A stretch of 64,000 bases of DNA from Candidatus Marinacidobacterales bacterium (GTDB taxonomy: Bacteria > Acidobacteriota > Vicinamibacteria > Marinacidobacterales > SMYC01): the NCBI GenBank assembly GCA_965237955.1, contig OZ250169.1, forward strand, positions 3,168,001 to 3,232,000. Direction: 5' to 3'. The position numbers and the translations under genes are program-made. This document shows positions 42,575 through 53,497 of the stretch, one piece after another. Within the stretch, counting starts at the first letter, position 1. Each line of letters starts with the position of its first letter. A model generated the notes under the pieces. The model searched no databases. It was not told where the DNA came from and saw only the letters and a program-made list of their open reading frames with translations.

Positions 42575-44899
42575 CTAGAAGAAGCGAAGCGAATACGTGA
42601 ACTTTATCCCGCGACCGATCTCCGGCGCGAACGCCTTGATGAAGTTCGTGTGCATCCGGTAGAGCTCGTTCGTCAAGTTGTACGCGTTCACCACGAAGAT
42701 GTGCGCCTGGTGAGTTCGAGCGAGCGTGTACTGTGCTTTGACGTTCAAAACGGCGTAGCCGTCGGTCGGAGTTTCACCGACGCTGAAGATCTTGTCTTGT
42801 GTCGCCGACCACACGAGCCCCGGTGTGATCGCGAACGCGCCAAAGGGCATCTCCGCCTCGATGCGGCCATGGAACGGTGGGATCTGAGGCACGTGCTCGT
42901 CGATGTCGGTCAACTTCGCGTTCACGAGACCGAAGCCGGCTTTGATCCATAGAAATCGCGCGAGGCGAAAGTTGGCCTGAGCGTCGAAGCCGACGAATCG
43001 CGCGGCATCCTGTTCCATTTTCGCCAACCGGAGACCGTCCACGATCTCGTCCTGGAACGACCAGAACATGAAGTTGTCGATGTCGTAGTAGAAAAAATTA
43101 AAGTCGGCGTCGACAGTGTTCGTCCGCCCTTTGACGCCGAGGTCGAGGCCGTTGATACGCTCGTTGCCGAGCGTCGAATCACCGACTTCGAAGGCGAGGT
43201 TGCCGACGTGACGACCGAAGCTGTAGAGCTCTTCGAGTGCGGGAGGCCGGTACGAGCTCGTCAAGTTACCCACGAAAGCGGCTGAGCTCGTCAAGTCGTA
43301 GCGGAGCCCGAACGAGCCCGAAACTCCGGTGAACGAGCGCGGGATGGCGGGCGGTGGTTCCCCTTCGTCGCGGTGACCCGCCTCGCCTTCGACGATCGCC
43401 CGCGGATCGGGGTCGTAGTCGTTGTGCTCGACGCGCGCACCGAACGAGAGGGTAAGGGCGGGTCCAACGGTGAGTTCTTCGTAGCCGAAGCCAGCGAACG
43501 CATTGTGTTTCGTGCGCGGCGCGAGCGCCTCGGCCCCGATCACGTCGTAGTCGCGGTTTTTGTACCAAATACCAAAGCGCCCGGTTAGTTTCGTCGTCCT
43601 TGCCTGCTCGAGCTCCGCTCGGAGGAGATAGATGTCGTTTTTGAATTGGGTTCCGATGGATTCGATGCCTTGGTCGATCTCGATCTCTTCGTGGTTCCAG
43701 TCGACCCGCTGGAAGGTCACGCGAGCTGATTCGAGAACAGTGGTGTTCATCTCCTGAAGACCGAAATCGAGGCGGAGGTTCTGCCGCCGCTGTTCGTTGT
43801 CGATGAAGAACTCGTCTTCCTCGTGAGGGGCGTGGAGCTCGCCGACTCCCGGAATGCCGAAGCGTCCGTCTTCGATGCCGTAGGCGGCGGCGAAAAACGC
43901 GCGGGGCCCGTAGTATCCGGCGCCGACGTTACCGTTGGCCAACTCCGAAGAGGAGTTTTCGATCGTGCCTTCAGGTGTATCGTAGTCGTTGGTCTTACGT
44001 GCGCCCCCGCCCCCCCAGGCCATCCAGCGACCACTGCCGTAGCGAAAATTGGCGTTGCCGCCGAGTTGCGCGTTGGCGGTGCCTGCATCGAACACCACCT
44101 GACCTCTGAGGCCTTGCGGCTGCGAGCGACGAAAACTGTCTTGCGGGCTGATCGCGTTCACGACGCCTCCGACCGCGTTCGATCCGTACAGAAGCGTTGC
44201 CGGGCCTTTAACGATCTCGATCCGCTCCAGGTTCGCCGGGTCGATGGTGACGTTGTGGTCCGCCGATTGGCTTGAAAGGTCACCGGTGCGTGTACCATCG
44301 TTCATGATGAGCACACGGTCGTTATCGAAGCCGCGTATGATCGGTCGGCTCGGGGCTGGACCGAAGCTCCTCTTGGCCACCCCCGCTTCGTTCTGGAGCG
44401 CCTCACCGATGTTGCCCCACATGTCCTTCGAAAGTTCGAACGAATCGAGCGTGGTGACGGCGTTGAACTGTTCGAGCGCCGTCGACCCGCCCCGAGTGCT
44501 CGTGGTGACGGTTACTTGCTCATGGATGGGCGAGAGCGAAAGCGTGACCGAGAGCTCGACGGTTTCGTCCGGTCCCACGGTGACGTCCTGACGCTCGCCG
44601 ATTAGATGCTCGCGCTCGACGAGCAATCGGTAGGTTCCGGTCGGCACGTTCGAAATCGTGAAGCTTCCGTCGCTTTCGGTCGCTGTGAATTGACCGAGGC
44701 CGATCAGGAGCACGACCGCTCCGTGCACGGGATCTCCCGTCGCTTCGAGCGTGACGGTACCGGTCACGCTGCCGGTTCCCTGCCCGGCGACGTTGGCGCC
44801 GAAGCCAAGCGACAAACACGCCGATAAAAAACCAGTCGAAAACTTCACGAAACGACTCCCTGTTCGTGCTGAGATGCGATCGTTGAAACATTGGCTCAC
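42575..44899 (-). CDS. TonB-dependent receptor, ZnuD-like metal-uptake type
   Basis: Plug motifs SRPIIRG, DH and IEIVKGPATLLYGSNAVGG, with a terminal Phe. Confidence 0.9.
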   Translation of the reverse strand: MSQCFNDRISARTGSRFVKFSTGFLSACLSLGFGANVAGQGTGSVTGTVTLEATGDPVHGAVVLLIGLGQFTATESDGSFTISNVPTGTYRLLVEREHLIGERQDVTVGPDETVELSVTLSLSPIHEQVTVTTSTRGGSTALEQFNAVTTLDSFELSKDMWGNIGEALQNEAGVAKRSFGPAPSRPIIRGFDNDRVLIMNDGTRTGDLSSQSADHNVTIDPANLERIEIVKGPATLLYGSNAVGGVVNAISPQDSFRRSQPQGLRGQVVFDAGTANAQLGGNANFRYGSGRWMAWGGGGARKTNDYDTPEGTIENSSSELANGNVGAGYYGPRAFFAAAYGIEDGRFGIPGVGELHAPHEEDEFFIDNEQRRQNLRLDFGLQEMNTTVLESARVTFQRVDWNHEEIEIDQGIESIGTQFKNDIYLLRAELEQARTTKLTGRFGIWYKNRDYDVIGAEALAPRTKHNAFAGFGYEELTVGPALTLSFGARVEHNDYDPDPRAIVEGEAGHRDEGEPPPAIPRSFTGVSGSFGLRYDLTSSAAFVGNLTSSYRPPALEELYSFGRHVGNLAFEVGDSTLGNERINGLDLGVKGRTNTVDADFNFFYYDIDNFMFWSFQDEIVDGLRLAKMEQDAARFVGFDAQANFRLARFLWIKAGFGLVNAKLTDIDEHVPQIPPFHGRIEAEMPFGAFAITPGLVWSATQDKIFSVGETPTDGYAVLNVKAQYTLARTHQAHIFVVNAYNLTNELYRMHTNFIKAFAPEIGRGIKFTYSLRFF

Positions 44900-44928
44900 G
44901 AGAAAAGCAAGCCTTTACGGAGAGGGAG

Positions 44929-45216
44929 CTAGGCGGGAGGGGCTCGCGGCGATCCGGACTCGATGACCGGAGCCCGCGTGTGCAACACCCGGCAGCCGGG
45001 CGTCGGAGAGGTCAGGGCCAGCGGCGGCTCGGCAACGAGCTTTGCCAATAGCTCCGTGAGTGGTTTTTGACCTGCCTTACAAACGAGGCAATCGATGTCG
45101 TCGCTTTTGCCTTCGTCGTGTGGCATGAGCGAAGCGGTGGTGACCGCTAACGCCGCGAAGCCAACTAGCAGTACCAGCCACCGCGGGAACCGCCGAAACT
45201 GCGCAAGCAAAGTCAT
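44929..45216 (-). CDS. DUF2946-like leader (signal/TM segment, CxxC, C-terminal RAPP)
   Basis: Hydrophobic N-terminus, DCLVC, ending SPRAPPA-stop 29 nt before the receptor start. Confidence 0.75.
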   Translation of the reverse strand: MTLLAQFRRFPRWLVLLVGFAALAVTTASLMPHDEGKSDDIDCLVCKAGQKPLTELLAKLVAEPPLALTSPTPGCRVLHTRAPVIESGSPRAPPA

Positions 45217-45289
45217 GATTGGCCTACACCTGTTCTTACTTTCTTAGATATCGAAGCTACCACGCGGCCCGCGGCGCCGCAAGGAGGGT

Positions 45290-45653
45290 TCACTCCTTCC
45301 GTACAACAGCCTGGATGCCAAGTTTGACGTTGCCATCGGTCGTTAGCGTCAGCGGAACGCTCTCGTCCTCCTGCAGGGGTCGCTTCAGCTCCACGAGCAG
45401 CAGGTGCACGCCGTCGGGTCCCATGGTCAGCTTTCCATAGGCGGGTACGGTGAGCTCGGGCACGGCCTTCGCTTCGCCATCGCCGGTTTTACGAAATTCC
45501 ACCTTGCCCGCCACATCGGAGGCGGCCGACACCAGGTAGACGTCGTACATGGTCGGGTTCCTCCGCGGTGGCTTCTTGCCCGCCGGCACTCCCGTGCGCT
45601 CCCACCAGGAGCGTCATGATGACCACCACCCCAAGCCCGACCACCCCACTCAT
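45290..45653 (-). pseudogene. PCu(A)C-like copper chaperone, internally deleted and frameshifted
   Basis: NP...D..LVSA.S..A..VE...GVHLLL..LK.PL.....VPLTL, with the signal peptide in another frame. Confidence 0.7.
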
Positions 45654-45727
45654 GATTCGACGCATACGTGCCTCCCGGAGAGGTCTTCCGTTTTTCTGCT
45701 GCATCTTGCAAGGGAAGAAGGACTACT

Positions 45728-46632
45728 ATGGCTGAAACGGACGCACCACCCGCTCGCGAAAACGGTGGCACTGACACTGACATGGACATGAGCTTTCTCC
45801 AGTTCTGGTGGATCTTCCCGGCTGCGATCGTGTTCTCGACCGTCGCCATCGGCTCCGGAGTTTCGGGCGCTCTGTTCTTCAGTCCTTTTTTCATGCTCGT
45901 CGTGGGCCTGAGCCCGGTGCAGGCCGTTGGAGCCGGCCTCATGACCGAAGTTTTCGGCATGGGTAACGGACTCCGCGCTTACGTCGCCGCGAAACTGGTG
46001 GACTACGCAACCGCTCGCTGGCTCCTGGCAGGTGCAGTCCCCGGTATTATCGTGGGGGCTTTCGCGGCCGAAGCCATCGACGATCGAATTCTCAAGGCGA
46101 TCTTCGGGGTCGGCCTCCTCGTGCTCGCGGGATTCCTCATTCTTGTGCGAACACCCGAGGAGTGCGAGCCGGGCGACCGCCCCTCGGAGCTCATCGACCG
46201 CAAATCCGTAGGCAAGGGTGCCACGGAGATCCGTGCCAAGGACGGGTCGATATATACGTACCCGACCTGCTGGCGGCCTCCGGGAGTCATACTCGCCGCC
46301 CTGGGTGGGGTCCTGACGGGTATGATCAGCGCTGGTCTCCCCGAGATCTCGACGACCAGCTCGTGGCCCGCTGCCGCGTCCCGGCCCGGGTCGCCATCGC
46401 CACGAGCGTGTTTACGCTCGCCATCGTGGCCGCCATTGGCGCTGCCGTTCACGCCATGAACGCTGAGCCGGTCTGGGAAGTCGTCGCATGGAGCATTCCG
46501 GGCGTCCTTGTTGGAAGTACGCTCGGAAGCCGTGTCGGGAAGTTCCTTCCAGGCAAGCTCATGGAAAAAGCGCTCGGAATCATTTTCGCGCTTGTCGGAG
46601 CTCTGGTGCTCGTCCTCGAGTTCTGGACGTGA
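45728..46632 (+). pseudogene. TauE/SafE (TSUP) membrane protein, frameshifted near 46355
   Basis: GVSGA.FF.P, multiple TM segments, A..TS and IPGVLVG. Confidence 0.8.
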
Positions 46633-46699
46633 ACGCGGCCCCGGTGCAGACATTCACAGCTCCTGTTCGATTCGCGCGGTATGCTGCAGGAGGAAAAGC

Positions 46700-48259
46700 A
46701 TGAGCAGGTTGACCCCCGTGGACGAGGCGCAAACCGATACTTTTCGAATCGATCCGTGGGACGAGCACAACCAGCGGACTGCTTCGAACGTTCGCCCGAG
46801 CGATTGGGTGAACCCGCAGCCGAAGGGCCGGTACAACCTCGTCGTGCTCGGAGCCGGCACCGCCGGGCTCGTCTCGGCCATTGGAGCCGCTGGTCTCGGT
46901 GCCGAAGTCGCTCTCGTCGAGAAACACCTCTTGGGTGGTGACTGTCTCAACGTCGGTTGCGTGCCCTCGAAAGCGCTCATCCGCGCCGGTCGCGCTGCGG
47001 CCGACGTTCGCGGGGCGGGCAAACTCGGTGTTCGGGTTGAAGGGGACGTCGAGGTCGATTTCCCGGCGGTCATGGAGAGGATGCGCCGACTGCGTGCACG
47101 CATCAGCGCCGCCGACTCGGCTCATCGTTTCAAGGAAGCGGGTGTCGACGTGTTCATCGGGTCGGGAGAGCTCGTGGATACGAACCGCCTGCGCGTCGGC
47201 GGAGAAACGCTCGAGTTCGCGAAGGCGGTCGTCGCGACCGGCGGCCGCGCCGCCGCGCCGCCCATCGAGGGCCTCGAAGAGACGGGCTATTTGACGAATG
47301 AAACCGTCTTCTCGCTTACGGAGCTTCCTCGAAGGCTTCTCGTGATCGGCGCCGGCCCCATCGGCGTCGAGCTCTCGCAAGCGTTCGCTCGTTTCGGAGC
47401 GAGCGTGCATCTGCTCGAAGCCGCGAACCAGATCTTGATCCGCGAGGACCGGGATGCGGCCGACCGAGTGGCAAAAGCGCTTCGACGCGATGGCGTCGAG
47501 ATCGTCTCGGCCTGCAAGATCGGACGAGTCTTTCGGCAAAGCCGTGAGAAAGTCGTCGAGCTCGAGTGTGGCGGCGAGCACCGCGCGGTGACGGTCGACG
47601 AAATCCTCGTCGCCGTGGGCCGGGCGCCGAACGTCGAGGGGATCGGTCTCGAAGCTGCCGGCGTCGACTACGATCCACGAAAAGGCATCGTTGTCGACGA
47701 CTATCTGCGAACCACGAATCCGAAGATTTTCGCGGCCGGGGATTGTTGTTTCCAGTACAAGTTCACCCACACCGCGGATGCCCTGGCGCGCATCGTCATC
47801 CAGAACGCCCTCTTTAATTTTCCCTTCATGAAGAAGAAGGCAAGCGCTCTGACCATACCCTGGTGTACCTATACCGACCCGGAAATCGCCCACGTGGGCA
47901 TGTACGAAAAGGACGCCCGCGAGAAGGGAATGTCCGTACGGACGATCGTGCAGGAGTTGAACGATGTCGATCGCGCCATCCTCGACGGCGAAGACGAAGG
48001 TTTCGTCAAAGTGCACGTCAAAGACGGCACCGACCAGATTCTCGGCGCCACGATCGTCGCGGCGCACGCGGGCGATATGATCAGTGAGCTGACGCTCGCC
48101 ATGAACGCAGGCGCGGGTCTCGGCACCATCGCGAGCACCATCCACCCCTACCCGACGCAGGCAGAAGCCATCAAGAAAGCCGGGGACGCCTTCAACCGCA
48201 CGCGGCTGACCCCGACGGTCAAACGGATCTTCGAGCGGTGGCTCGCCTGGACGAGATGA
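46700..48259 (+). CDS. Class I pyridine nucleotide-disulfide oxidoreductase (MerA/Lpd-like)
   Basis: GAGTAG, GGDCLNVGCVPSK, GAGPIG and HPYPT..E. No C-terminal Cys pair. Confidence 0.88.
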   Translation: MSRLTPVDEAQTDTFRIDPWDEHNQRTASNVRPSDWVNPQPKGRYNLVVLGAGTAGLVSAIGAAGLGAEVALVEKHLLGGDCLNVGCVPSKALIRAGRAAADVRGAGKLGVRVEGDVEVDFPAVMERMRRLRARISAADSAHRFKEAGVDVFIGSGELVDTNRLRVGGETLEFAKAVVATGGRAAAPPIEGLEETGYLTNETVFSLTELPRRLLVIGAGPIGVELSQAFARFGASVHLLEAANQILIREDRDAADRVAKALRRDGVEIVSACKIGRVFRQSREKVVELECGGEHRAVTVDEILVAVGRAPNVEGIGLEAAGVDYDPRKGIVVDDYLRTTNPKIFAAGDCCFQYKFTHTADALARIVIQNALFNFPFMKKKASALTIPWCTYTDPEIAHVGMYEKDAREKGMSVRTIVQELNDVDRAILDGEDEGFVKVHVKDGTDQILGATIVAAHAGDMISELTLAMNAGAGLGTIASTIHPYPTQAEAIKKAGDAFNRTRLTPTVKRIFERWLAWTR

Positions 48260-48269
48260 TGTGAGGGAG

Positions 48270-48386
48270 ATGAAACCCGCAGTAACCTCCGCGACCTCGG
48301 ATCTGGATCAGCTGTCGGTCAACACCATCCGTACGCTGGCCGTGGACATCGTGCAGCAAGCGGGCTCGGGCGAATCTTTCTTCTTA
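48270..48386 (+). pseudogene. tkt: Transketolase N-terminal stub cut by ISAzo13
   Basis: DQLSVNTIRTLAVDIVQQAGSG. Confidence 0.65.
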
Positions 48387-50226
48387 GGGCCGGCGACAAA
48401 ATAAGTTCCCGTTTTCAAGACGGTCGGATGGTGTAGTTCCATTTGGGTAGAGTCTGGTCCTTTGTAACGGAAAGCGCCTGCATCCGCTCGTCAGTGATTT
48501 TGACGCCCTTCGGATAACGACGCCGGATAAGGTGTGCGCGTACTCGCAAACCGGAAGAGGTGGTGGTCGTGCGGATGTATTTGAGGATGGTTTCGTAGCT
48601 GTCGAGAGGCCTGCCCGCCCAGTTCTTGCTGATCTCGCTGAACAGACGGTGCTCCACTGGATTCCACTTGGATGTACCGGACGGATAGTGGGCTATGGTG
48701 ATAGCGATGTCGTGGCGATTGCAAATCCGCGTTTGAAGCCCGTGCTTCCAACCCCGACACCGATAGCCATTGCTGCCCCCGGCGTCTGCCAATATCGCGA
48801 GGTCACGGGCTGCAGGATAGCGTCGCCGTCCTTCCGTTCGCCACCACTTCTCGATGGCATTCACGGCGAAGTCCGGGGTGTTGTACGAGGTACCAATGAA
48901 CACTGTCCCGCGGTTCGCGAGCAGATCGTAGACGCCGTAGGGGATTGCGATGCCGTTCGATTCGGAACGGAAGTCATGGTCTTTGACGAGAGTCGGCTCA
49001 CGGTTCCAGGCCTGCCCGCCGTTTTTGAATAATTCCACCAGCTCCCGTTTCTTCGTGTCTACGCTGATGATGGGATGACCAGCTGCGGCAAAACGCTCGC
49101 GCAGTTCGGCGATACACGCGAATTGGGTATCGCGATCTTCGGACGTGGCACCGCACAGCTTCTTGTGGTTCACCCGCAACGAGAAGCCGAGCTGTTTGAG
49201 CAGTCGACCGACGGTTTTGCTGCTGACGTTCACACCGAGGCTTCTTAGCTCGCAAGCAATCTTGTCGGTGGTCCGCCGCGTCCATTTCACTCCCGTCATC
49301 GGATCGCCCGCGGTGTCGTGCTTCATGAGTTCTTCGATCTTGGCGATGACTTCTGGCGTTTTTTTTGCACGGCGCGCCGTCCGCCACCCTTTCGCCGAAC
49401 TCCGTCGAGCTCAACATCTCTCATTAGGAATTCCCTACGACCTCTGGCTACCGTGCTCGGATCCATCCCGAGCAGTTCGGCAATCTGTTGGTCGCCACCG
49501 TGACCGAGCTTCATGGCCTCGACTCCCGCGTAGAGACGGCGCTGCTTTTCATCGAGCAGGCTGTAGAAAAGAACGATCGCAGCCTTCAACTCCACGGGGA
49601 GCACGCGGACTCCCCCGACCCAGCCCAACGTGGAAGGTGACGCCTCATGTACCTGGCGGGCCGAGAGCTGTTGCTTGCGCGTGCTCACATCGGTGGCCAG
49701 ATACAGATATCGGCCGAACACCTGCTCGCGCGCCAATCTTTTCTCTCGGACCAGTTTCAACAGAGGAGCCTTGACGTCAACCTGCACCACGTCCTCGAGC
49801 TCGTCGACGTAGTAGCCTGCCTCACAGGCCGCGACCAACGCTTTTACCGTCGCAAGCAACGTCCCGTACTTCGAGAACCACACTGAGCGCAACGACCAAA
49901 GACCTTTTCGATCGAACTGGGCGATCTCGTCCAACGTGTAGTAGCTACCACGGTGGGAGTAGCTTGTCCGATACGCCAACTCATTGAGCTTTCGGAAGAC
50001 GGTCGAGTCCACATCGGTACCCAACACTGCCTTCAAATCATCGAGGGTAGCTATTTTGTGCTTCCTCAACAGGCGGTCGAGATCTTCAGACTGATAGCTC
50101 GTAGGTCTCATAATAGGAGAAGTGCTCCTTGATAGGCGTAATCCTCCCTAAAATGAGGACCGTTTGTCAAACACGCGCTGGTTGCTGAAGATCTACAAAT
50201 GTTCCGTTTCTAGGGAGCGTGCCAGG
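48387..50226 (-). mobile_element. ISAzo13 second copy with uninterrupted ORFs (49323-50111, 48415-49326) but missing one IR
   Basis: Near-identical to 10809-14302 without the IS3. Preceded by TTA. Homology stops at ~50226. Confidence 0.9.
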
Positions 50227-50517
50227 GGATATCTGTGGATCCGATACAGGTTGCCCAGGAAAAATTGGCATGATCCTGTAATCTTCCAGTGCTGGGCGGT
50301 CTTGGGTTTGGCCTTCAATAACGTCTATACCAACAAAAACCAAAGCAAAAGCCAGGAAGGCCACCAATTGTTAGCGGCGGGCGTAAATTGCACACTTATG
50401 GCGGACGAAAATTGCACACTCGGCCATCCGTAAAAGGAGGCCGTTGTCGTGTGTCTGGAGTGCCAGACATGACGGTGCGCCTTCAATCAGAATGGCGTTT
50501 CCGGAGTGGAGGCGCCG

Positions 50518-51561
50518 ATGTACGGAAGGGAGAAACGAGTGTTACTACGAGAGTATTTGGAGCAGGGAATCAAGAAGGCGGCGCTAGCAGACAAGCTAGG
50601 AATCAGCCGCCGAACGGTCCACCACTGGATAAAGACGGGTCAACTGGACCGAGAGTTGGACGAGGAAACGGTGCGCTACAAGAAGCGTCCGCGGATCGAG
50701 CGCAGGATCGACCCGTACCGGGAGATCCTTCATTCGCGCCTGCACGAGTTCCCGGAGCTGAGTTCAGTACGCCTGCATGATGAGATCCGTGCCGCGGGCT
50801 ATGAAGGCGGCTACACGCAGGTCAAGGAGTACGTGCGGCAGATTCGCCCACAGCCACCGGCGGAGCCGCTGGTGCGTTTCGAGACCCCACCAGGCCACCA
50901 AGCTCAGGTCGATTTTGCACACTTTCGTTTGCCATGGGGTCGTCGGTGGGCACTTCTCGTGGTGCTCGGATACTCGAGGCTGCTATGGCTTCGGTTTTTC
51001 AAGCGACAGGACATGCGGACGTTGTTCGCGGGGCTTGAGCAGGCCTTCCTATTTTTTGGAGGAGTTCCCAAAGAGCTCCTTTTTGACCAGATGCGTTCGG
51101 TCATCGTCGAGGATCACCGCCGGGAAGGTGGCCCTCTCGTTGAGAACCCAGAGTTCGTCCGCTTCGCCCACCACTGGGAGTTTCGAACAAGAGCGTGTCG
51201 CCCGTATCGGGCGAAGACCAAGGGCAAAGTGGAAAGGCCAATCCGCTATGTGAGAGGAAGCTTCTTCTACGGTCGCCACTTTATCAACGATGACGACCTC
51301 GATGCTCAGATCGAGCGTTGGCTGAGTGACGTCGCCAACGTCCGACTCCATCGCACAACCAACGAACGACCGATAGAACGATTCGCGCGCGATGAAAGGG
51401 CCACTCTGAGACCGCTCGTTGAGCGGCCATATCGCTCTCTTGTACTGCCAAACCAACCCGCGAGAAGAACTCCAAAAGCCTGCTTAACCACACTGCCTTC
51501 GATGGATGTCGAGCATCGTCCCCTCGAAGTCTACACGCGGCTCGTTGGAGGTGGACAATGA
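50518..51561 (+). CDS. istA: IS21 transposase IstA
   Basis: RFETPPG.QAQVD, FDQM and KGKVER motifs. Confidence 0.92.
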   Translation: MYGREKRVLLREYLEQGIKKAALADKLGISRRTVHHWIKTGQLDRELDEETVRYKKRPRIERRIDPYREILHSRLHEFPELSSVRLHDEIRAAGYEGGYTQVKEYVRQIRPQPPAEPLVRFETPPGHQAQVDFAHFRLPWGRRWALLVVLGYSRLLWLRFFKRQDMRTLFAGLEQAFLFFGGVPKELLFDQMRSVIVEDHRREGGPLVENPEFVRFAHHWEFRTRACRPYRAKTKGKVERPIRYVRGSFFYGRHFINDDDLDAQIERWLSDVANVRLHRTTNERPIERFARDERATLRPLVERPYRSLVLPNQPARRTPKACLTTLPSMDVEHRPLEVYTRLVGGGQ

Positions 51562-52398
51562 AGGCGAGCACAATATCGCGACGTGAGCAGATCCGTACGA
51601 TGCTGGCCGACCTAAAGATGCCTGGCGCGCTCGAAGCTGTCGACCGCGTACTATCTGATGCCGATGGCGGTGCGGTCACAACGGCGGAGGCCATCGAGAA
51701 CCTTCTTGGAGCGCAGATCACGTTGAGAAACAACCGTCGTCTCCAAGCGGCGATGCGCTCCTCACGACTCCCCGCGGTCAAAACAATCGATGAGTTCGAT
51801 TTTTCGTTCCAGCCATCGATCAAACGCGAGCAGATTGAGAACCTTCACGAGCTCGGGTTCGTTGAACGTAAGGAGAACGTCGTCTTATTGGGACCTCCTG
51901 GTGTGGGCAAAACTCATCTCGCGATTAGTCTTGCCATCGCCGCTGCCCAGAATGGACGGCGCGTCTATTACGGCACCCTGGCTGAGCTCATCACCTCCCT
52001 CGAAGAGGCTCGTGACGCGGGCCGCCTCACTCGTCGACTCGCGGTTCTCAGTTATCCGTCACTGCTTGTTGTCGATGAAATCGGATACCTACCCGTCACC
52101 CAGACCGGCGCGGTGCTTTTTTTCCAGCTCATAAGTAGGCGATACGAGCGCGCTTCGACCGTGCTCACCTCTAACAAAAGTTTCGAGGAATGGGGCGAGA
52201 TCCTTGGCGACGAAGTCATGGCCGCCGCTCTCATCGACCGCATTTCTGCACCACTGCCACCTCGTCAACATCCGAGGAAACAGTTACCGCATGAGAGAGC
52301 ACTCCGAACTGTGGCGAGCGCTCCATCCGGCGGGTTCGGACGAACCTCACCCGCCGGCTAAATCTCATAGGAAATACACGGAGGCGACGGCGTCATAG
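51558..52398 (+). pseudogene. istB: IS21 ATPase IstB, frameshifted near 52243
   Basis: GPPGVGKTH, VDEIGY and TSN, with LHHC...G.SYR in the shifted frame. Confidence 0.88.
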
Positions 52399-52894
52399 GG
52401 TTCGCCACCCATGGCTCGGGTGTGCAATTTTCATCCGCCATGAATGCGCAGTTTTCGGCCGGCGTTGACACCAATCCAAAAAGTTTCAAATTATGGATTT
52501 TTTTCATCATGTCCTCCTTTCTAATTATTCCTTCTTTTTGTATTCTTTCTTTCCCTCACCTCCTTTTTAGAGGCATGTATCTGCCCCATATGAATTACCA
52601 CTCTATTTATTGTGGCGGAACAAATTCTCGGCGGCGTTTGGTATCGATGTAGGGAGGTGAACGGTTGGGTCCCAACGAGATCCTTGCGCCCATCGGTACT
52701 GGCGACAGGGACTCCCCACTCCAGTCGCGACAGAAATCTTGCCCGGGCAAGATTTCAGCCCGCACCCCAGGTGAGTGAGCGCACGACGTGGAACATCGAG
52801 GGGTTCCACTAACCACTCAAGAAGCTACTTCAGATTCGCAGGCCAAGCGAGAGCACCTCCTGCGATTCGCACAACCACATCCGGCGCGGCTCGC

Positions 52895-53497
52895 TCAAAA
52901 ACACAGGCCTGCGCTGAACGTGAGCTTCAGGTTGCCTCCCCAGAAGGCGTCCTCGGCGACCGCCTCGCGATCTCGAGTCAAGGCGGGGCCGGGATAGCGA
53001 AGCAGCAGGCTGGACACGTCGATCCGCACGAGCGTTCGCTCCGTCGGATAGAGCTCGACCCCACCTCCGAGATCCAGCGCCAGCACGGTTCTGCCCTCCG
53101 CGAGGACGCAGTTGAGCGGCGGAGGAAAGATCGCGATACAGGCAATCGGCTCGGGGGCACTCGAGAAACGGACGAAGCCCGGACGGGCCTTCCCAAAGAC
53201 CGAAAAGCGGTCGTAGCGAGGACCGATCTTGACCCCGAAAAGGCCCTCGAAGCGAGACTCCGTAACGGGAACCCGCTCGAGAATGTTGGAAGGATAGAAG
53301 CTCATCTCGGCTTCAATCGCAAAGAGCGGCGTGGCATGGAAGCCGATTCGCCCTCCGAAGCCGAGATCAGTGGAGTCGAGCTCGTGTTGGAACGTCGTTG
53401 CGAGAATCGCCGCGACCTCGAGGGGGTTTTCCTGGGAACGGACCTCGCTCGCGAAGAGGAACAATAGGGCTGCGACAACCGTGATGATGTTTTTCAT
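52895..53497 (-). CDS. Small outer-membrane beta-barrel protein
   Basis: Signal peptide, alternating beta strands and a C-terminal Phe. Confidence 0.75.
   Translation of the reverse strand: MKNIITVVAALLFLFASEVRSQENPLEVAAILATTFQHELDSTDLGFGGRIGFHATPLFAIEAEMSFYPSNILERVPVTESRFEGLFGVKIGPRYDRFSVFGKARPGFVRFSSAPEPIACIAIFPPPLNCVLAEGRTVLALDLGGGVELYPTERTLVRIDVSSLLLRYPGPALTRDREAVAEDAFWGGNLKLTFSAGLCF

Larger units (their letters stand above)
50369..52470 (+). mobile_element. IS21-family element
   Basis: TG...CA ends with repeated AAATTGCAC boxes. CCAAT duplication at 50364-50368 and 52471-52475. Confidence 0.93.
50227..52511 (-). pseudogene. Secreted protein N-terminus (S9 peptidase-like VSDPQISP), split by IS21 and truncated
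   Basis: AAGGAGG RBS, MMKKIHNLKLLDW, then after the IS21 VAFLAFALVF...VSDPQISP. Low GC. Confidence 0.55.

Noticed and set aside
40796-42952. Single 718-aa protein
   Set aside because: A chimeric reading frame. The real TPR portion spans only ~41170-42190, and the tail is antisense to real genes.
46700-48259. True mercuric reductase merA
   Set aside because: Lacks the C-terminal Cys-Cys pair, has HPYPT, and no mer operon is nearby.
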